The notes below the pieces were generated by a model. It worked only from the letters and a program-made list of their open reading frames with translations, had not been told where the DNA came from and did not search any database. A stretch of DNA of 64,000 nt, from the NCBI GenBank assembly GCA_024679065.1, contig JAGIQG010000009.1, positions 91,016,001-91,080,000 on the forward strand. Direction: 5' to 3'. Below are positions 61,134 through 64,000 of the stretch, one piece after another; positions within the stretch are counted from its first letter, which is position 1, and each line of letters begins with the position of its first letter. This DNA comes from Sphyrna mokarran (Eukaryota). Made by a program: the position numbers and the translations under genes.

Positions 61134-64000
61134 CCATGACTTTTTTTTCCACAGGTAATTCGGTCCAACTTGACCAACAAGGAGCATGCATTCGGCAGGT
61201 GGTGCGAGGACAGCTCTTGGATGTTGATTCATGGGTTGCCTGGTGCTTCATGTCGTAAATGAGGGCTTTATCTGGACCATCTGAAGGGCACCATGACAGC
61301 TCAGTGACTATCGCTGTAGCTGTGCAGACACTTGGAATTGGGCCGGTGTCTGCGGGAGTTTGCGCGGGTTTTCTCCGGGCGCTCCGGTTTCCTGCCACAT
61401 CCCAAAAATTCGCTCTTAGGCTGATTGGGAAACAAATTGTCCCTATATTGAGATTCTTCCATATTAGGAATAACCTAAAATTAGAATAGGAAAATGGAAT
61501 TGTTACTATAAAGTTATGACGGCGGCGCGGGCTCGTTGGGCCGAAGGGCCTGTCTCCCGTGCTGTGTTGCTCTAAAAAAAAATGAACAGAATGGGAATGG
61601 AGGGGTATAGAAAACTGATTTAAAATAGGGATCATGAGCCTTGGGAGTCCCTGGGAAGTGTGTAACTAGATGATGATATTGATGTACTTGTTTTCATCCT
61701 ACAGGTGCTTTGGTCCACCTTGTTGTCTAACGAGGGGCATACACGCGATGGGTCATGAGAGGGCTGCTCTTGGATTTTTTTTTGAGAGTATCCTTGTGCC
61801 TCATGTCGTTAGTGTATGCTTGACCTGGACCATTTGATGGGCAACATGACAGCTCAGTGACTATCGCTGTGCTGTGCAGATACATGGATTTGGGCCTGTG
61901 TCTGTGGGAGTTTGCGCATTCTCCCCATGCTTGCGTGGGTTTTCTCCGGGCGCTCTGGTATCCTCCCACATCCCAAAGATGTGCTCTTAGGCTAATTGGC
62001 AAAACAAATTCTCCCTAAATTGTCTCAAATTTGGTTTTTAATCCATAGATCTATAAACATGGACAGGAGTCGCGGGTAGAGGTGGGAACATTGGGGTGGC
62101 GGCGCAGGCTCGTTGGGCCGAAGGGCCTGTTTCCCGTGCTGTTTTGTTCTTTCTTCATCCCATTGGACCTGCCAAAATGGACCACTACATATTTATTTGC
62201 ATTGAAGTCCATCTGCCACTTTTCCGCCCAGTCTTCCATCCTATCTATGTCTCGCTGCAATTTCTGACATTGTTCCAGACTATCCACAACACCACCAACC
62301 TTTGTGTCGTCAGCAAACTTACCAACCCATCTCTCCATTTCTTCATCCAGGTCATTTATGAAAATGACAAATAGTGAGGGTGCTAGAACAGATCCCTGGG
62401 GCACTCCGCTGGTGACTGACCTCCATGCAGAAAAAGACCCATACACAATCACTCTCTGCCTTCTGCAGGCAAGCCAGCTCTGGATCCACAAGGCCAAAGC
62501 CCCGTGGATCCCATGCCCTCTCACTTTTTCAAGAAGTCTTGCATGGGAGACCTTATCAAATGCCTCGAAGTCCATATAAACCACATCCACCGCTCTTCCT
62601 TTGTCAATGTGTTTAGTCACATTTTCAAAGAACTCAACTAGGCTCGTAAGGAATGACCTACCCTTGACACATCCATGCTGACTGACGTGATCATACTAAA
62701 CTTCTCTAAATGTTCATAAATCCTGTCCCTCAGTATCCTCTCCATCAAGTTATCAACCACTGATGTCAGAATCACCAGTCGGTAATTTCCTGGGCTATCC
62801 CTGTTCCCTTTCTTGAAAATAGGAACCATATCTGCAATCCTCCAATACTCTAGAATCTCTCCTGTCTCCACAGATGATGCAAAGATCATCACCAAAGGCT
62901 CTGCAATCTCTTCCCTCACCTCTCACAGTAACCTGTGGTGCATCCCATCCGGTCCCGGCGACTTATCTATCTCGATGCAAATTAAAAGTTCCAACACATC
63001 CTCTTTCTTAACGTCTACATACTCAATCTTTTCAGTCCGCCATAAACCTGCAGTAGAAACTCCCAGATCATTTTCCACCATGAATATCAAGGCAAAGTAT
63101 TCATTAAGCACCTCTGCCATTTCTTCCGGTTCTGCACAGACTTTTCTCCCTTCACCTTTTATAGGTCCTATTCCTTCACATCTCATCCTTTTACTCTTCA
63201 CATATTTGTAGAACGCGTTGGGGTTCTCCTTAATTTTACCCACCAAGGCCTTCTCATTAACCTTTCTGGCTCTCCTAATTTCCTTTTTAAGATCCTTCAT
63301 ACCGTATATTCCTCTAGATCCTTAACATCTTCTAGCTCTCTGAACCTTCTGTACACCTTTCCTTTCTTTCTGACTAGGTTCATCACAACCTTCGTGCACC
63401 ACGGTTCCCATGACCTACCAACACCTCCCTGTCTCATTGGAATGTCGTCGTGCAGAGCTCCAGACAAACATTCCTTGAAAATCCATCACGTTCCTTCAGT
63501 ACTTTTCCCCAAGAACACCTCCTTCCAATTTCCTCATCTAATTATCTGCCTGGTGGCTTCATATTTCCCCTTACTCCAGATAAACGCCTTCCTAGACTGT
63601 CTGATCCTATCCCTTTTCAATGCTATCGTGAAGGAGATAGAATTTTGATCGCTATCCCCTCAGAGAGATCTGACACCTGTCCAGGTTCGTTAGTCAGAAC
63701 TAGATCAAGTACAGCCTCTCCTCTTGTAGGCTTATCCATGTACTGTGTCAGGAAACCCTCCCTTCTCATCCAAACCCCTTATCCTAAGGATATTCCAGTC
63801 AATGTTTGGGAAATTAAAGTCTCCCATCACGACAGCTCTGTTATTACTACATCTCTTCGGGATCTGTTTCCCTATCTGTACCTCAACTTCCCTGTCACTA
63901 GTGGATGGTCTATAGAAAACACCCAGCAAAGTTACCAACCCCTTGCTGTTCCTAACCTCCACCCACAGAGACTCCGTAGACAGTCCCTCCATGGTGTCCA

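Larger units (their letters stand above)
57049..61581 (+). mobile_element. Apparently full-length young CR1 LINE (subfamily C)
   Basis: CpG-rich 5' UTR, intact ORF1, ORF2 with no premature stops but 4 small indels, structured 3' UTR and A-tail. Confidence 0.96.
56725..62152 (+). mobile_element. CR1 subfamily A 3' fragment (pieces 56725-57048 and 61582-62152)
   Basis: GATGGGCACATG | AACAGAATGGGAATG rejoin across the insert; UTR colinear with the other A copies. Confidence 0.94.
56121..64000 (-). mobile_element. CR1 LINE (pieces 56121-56724 and 62153-64000, runs off the window) hosting two nested CR1s
   Basis: TSD CTTCAT at 56719-56724 and 62153-62158; ORF2 fragments from endonuclease (63732-63992) to RT. 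Confidence 0.94.

Noticed and set aside
61069-61635. 188-aa antisense ORF, and a near-open sense frame with apparently synonymous differences, across the CR1 3' UTR
   Set aside because: Sister copies have stops in both frames (e.g. GTC TAA/TGA and GCT TGA) and the ORF crosses an insertion junction; RNA structure explains the conservation better

Overview
Eukaryotic, repeat-dense window, almost certainly from a shark or ray (HE1-type SINEs, CR1/HER1-type LINEs, Penelope relics, shark-like MHC class I exons). Two host genes are supportable, both on the minus strand. The first is a divergent nonclassical MHC class I heavy-chain pseudogene (leader 42082-42133, alpha1 39856-40108, alpha2 27740-28015, alpha3 27344-27622, TM 21480-21599) whose alpha2 domain lacks both canonical cysteines. 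The second is an intact 12-finger C2H2 zinc-finger ORF (51720-52736) flanked by decayed fingers. Most of the rest is nested retroelements. The most interesting object is a young, apparently full-length CR1 LINE (about 57049-61581). It has a T-TTA-AAC slippery heptamer followed by a G-quadruplex motif exactly at the ORF1/ORF2 (-1 frame) junction, and an ORF1 SGNH esterase whose catalytic residues are replaced. It also has a TATA box and a splice donor in its 5' UTR, with a conserved splice acceptor just after the ORF2 stop. Its long structured 3' UTR contains a captured, remodelled HE1 SINE and is shared by at least seven copies from three subfamilies in this window. Several short templated insertions copied from neighbouring DNA are also visible. 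All alignments were done by eye, and repeat boundaries are approximate unless a target-site duplication (TSD) is quoted.
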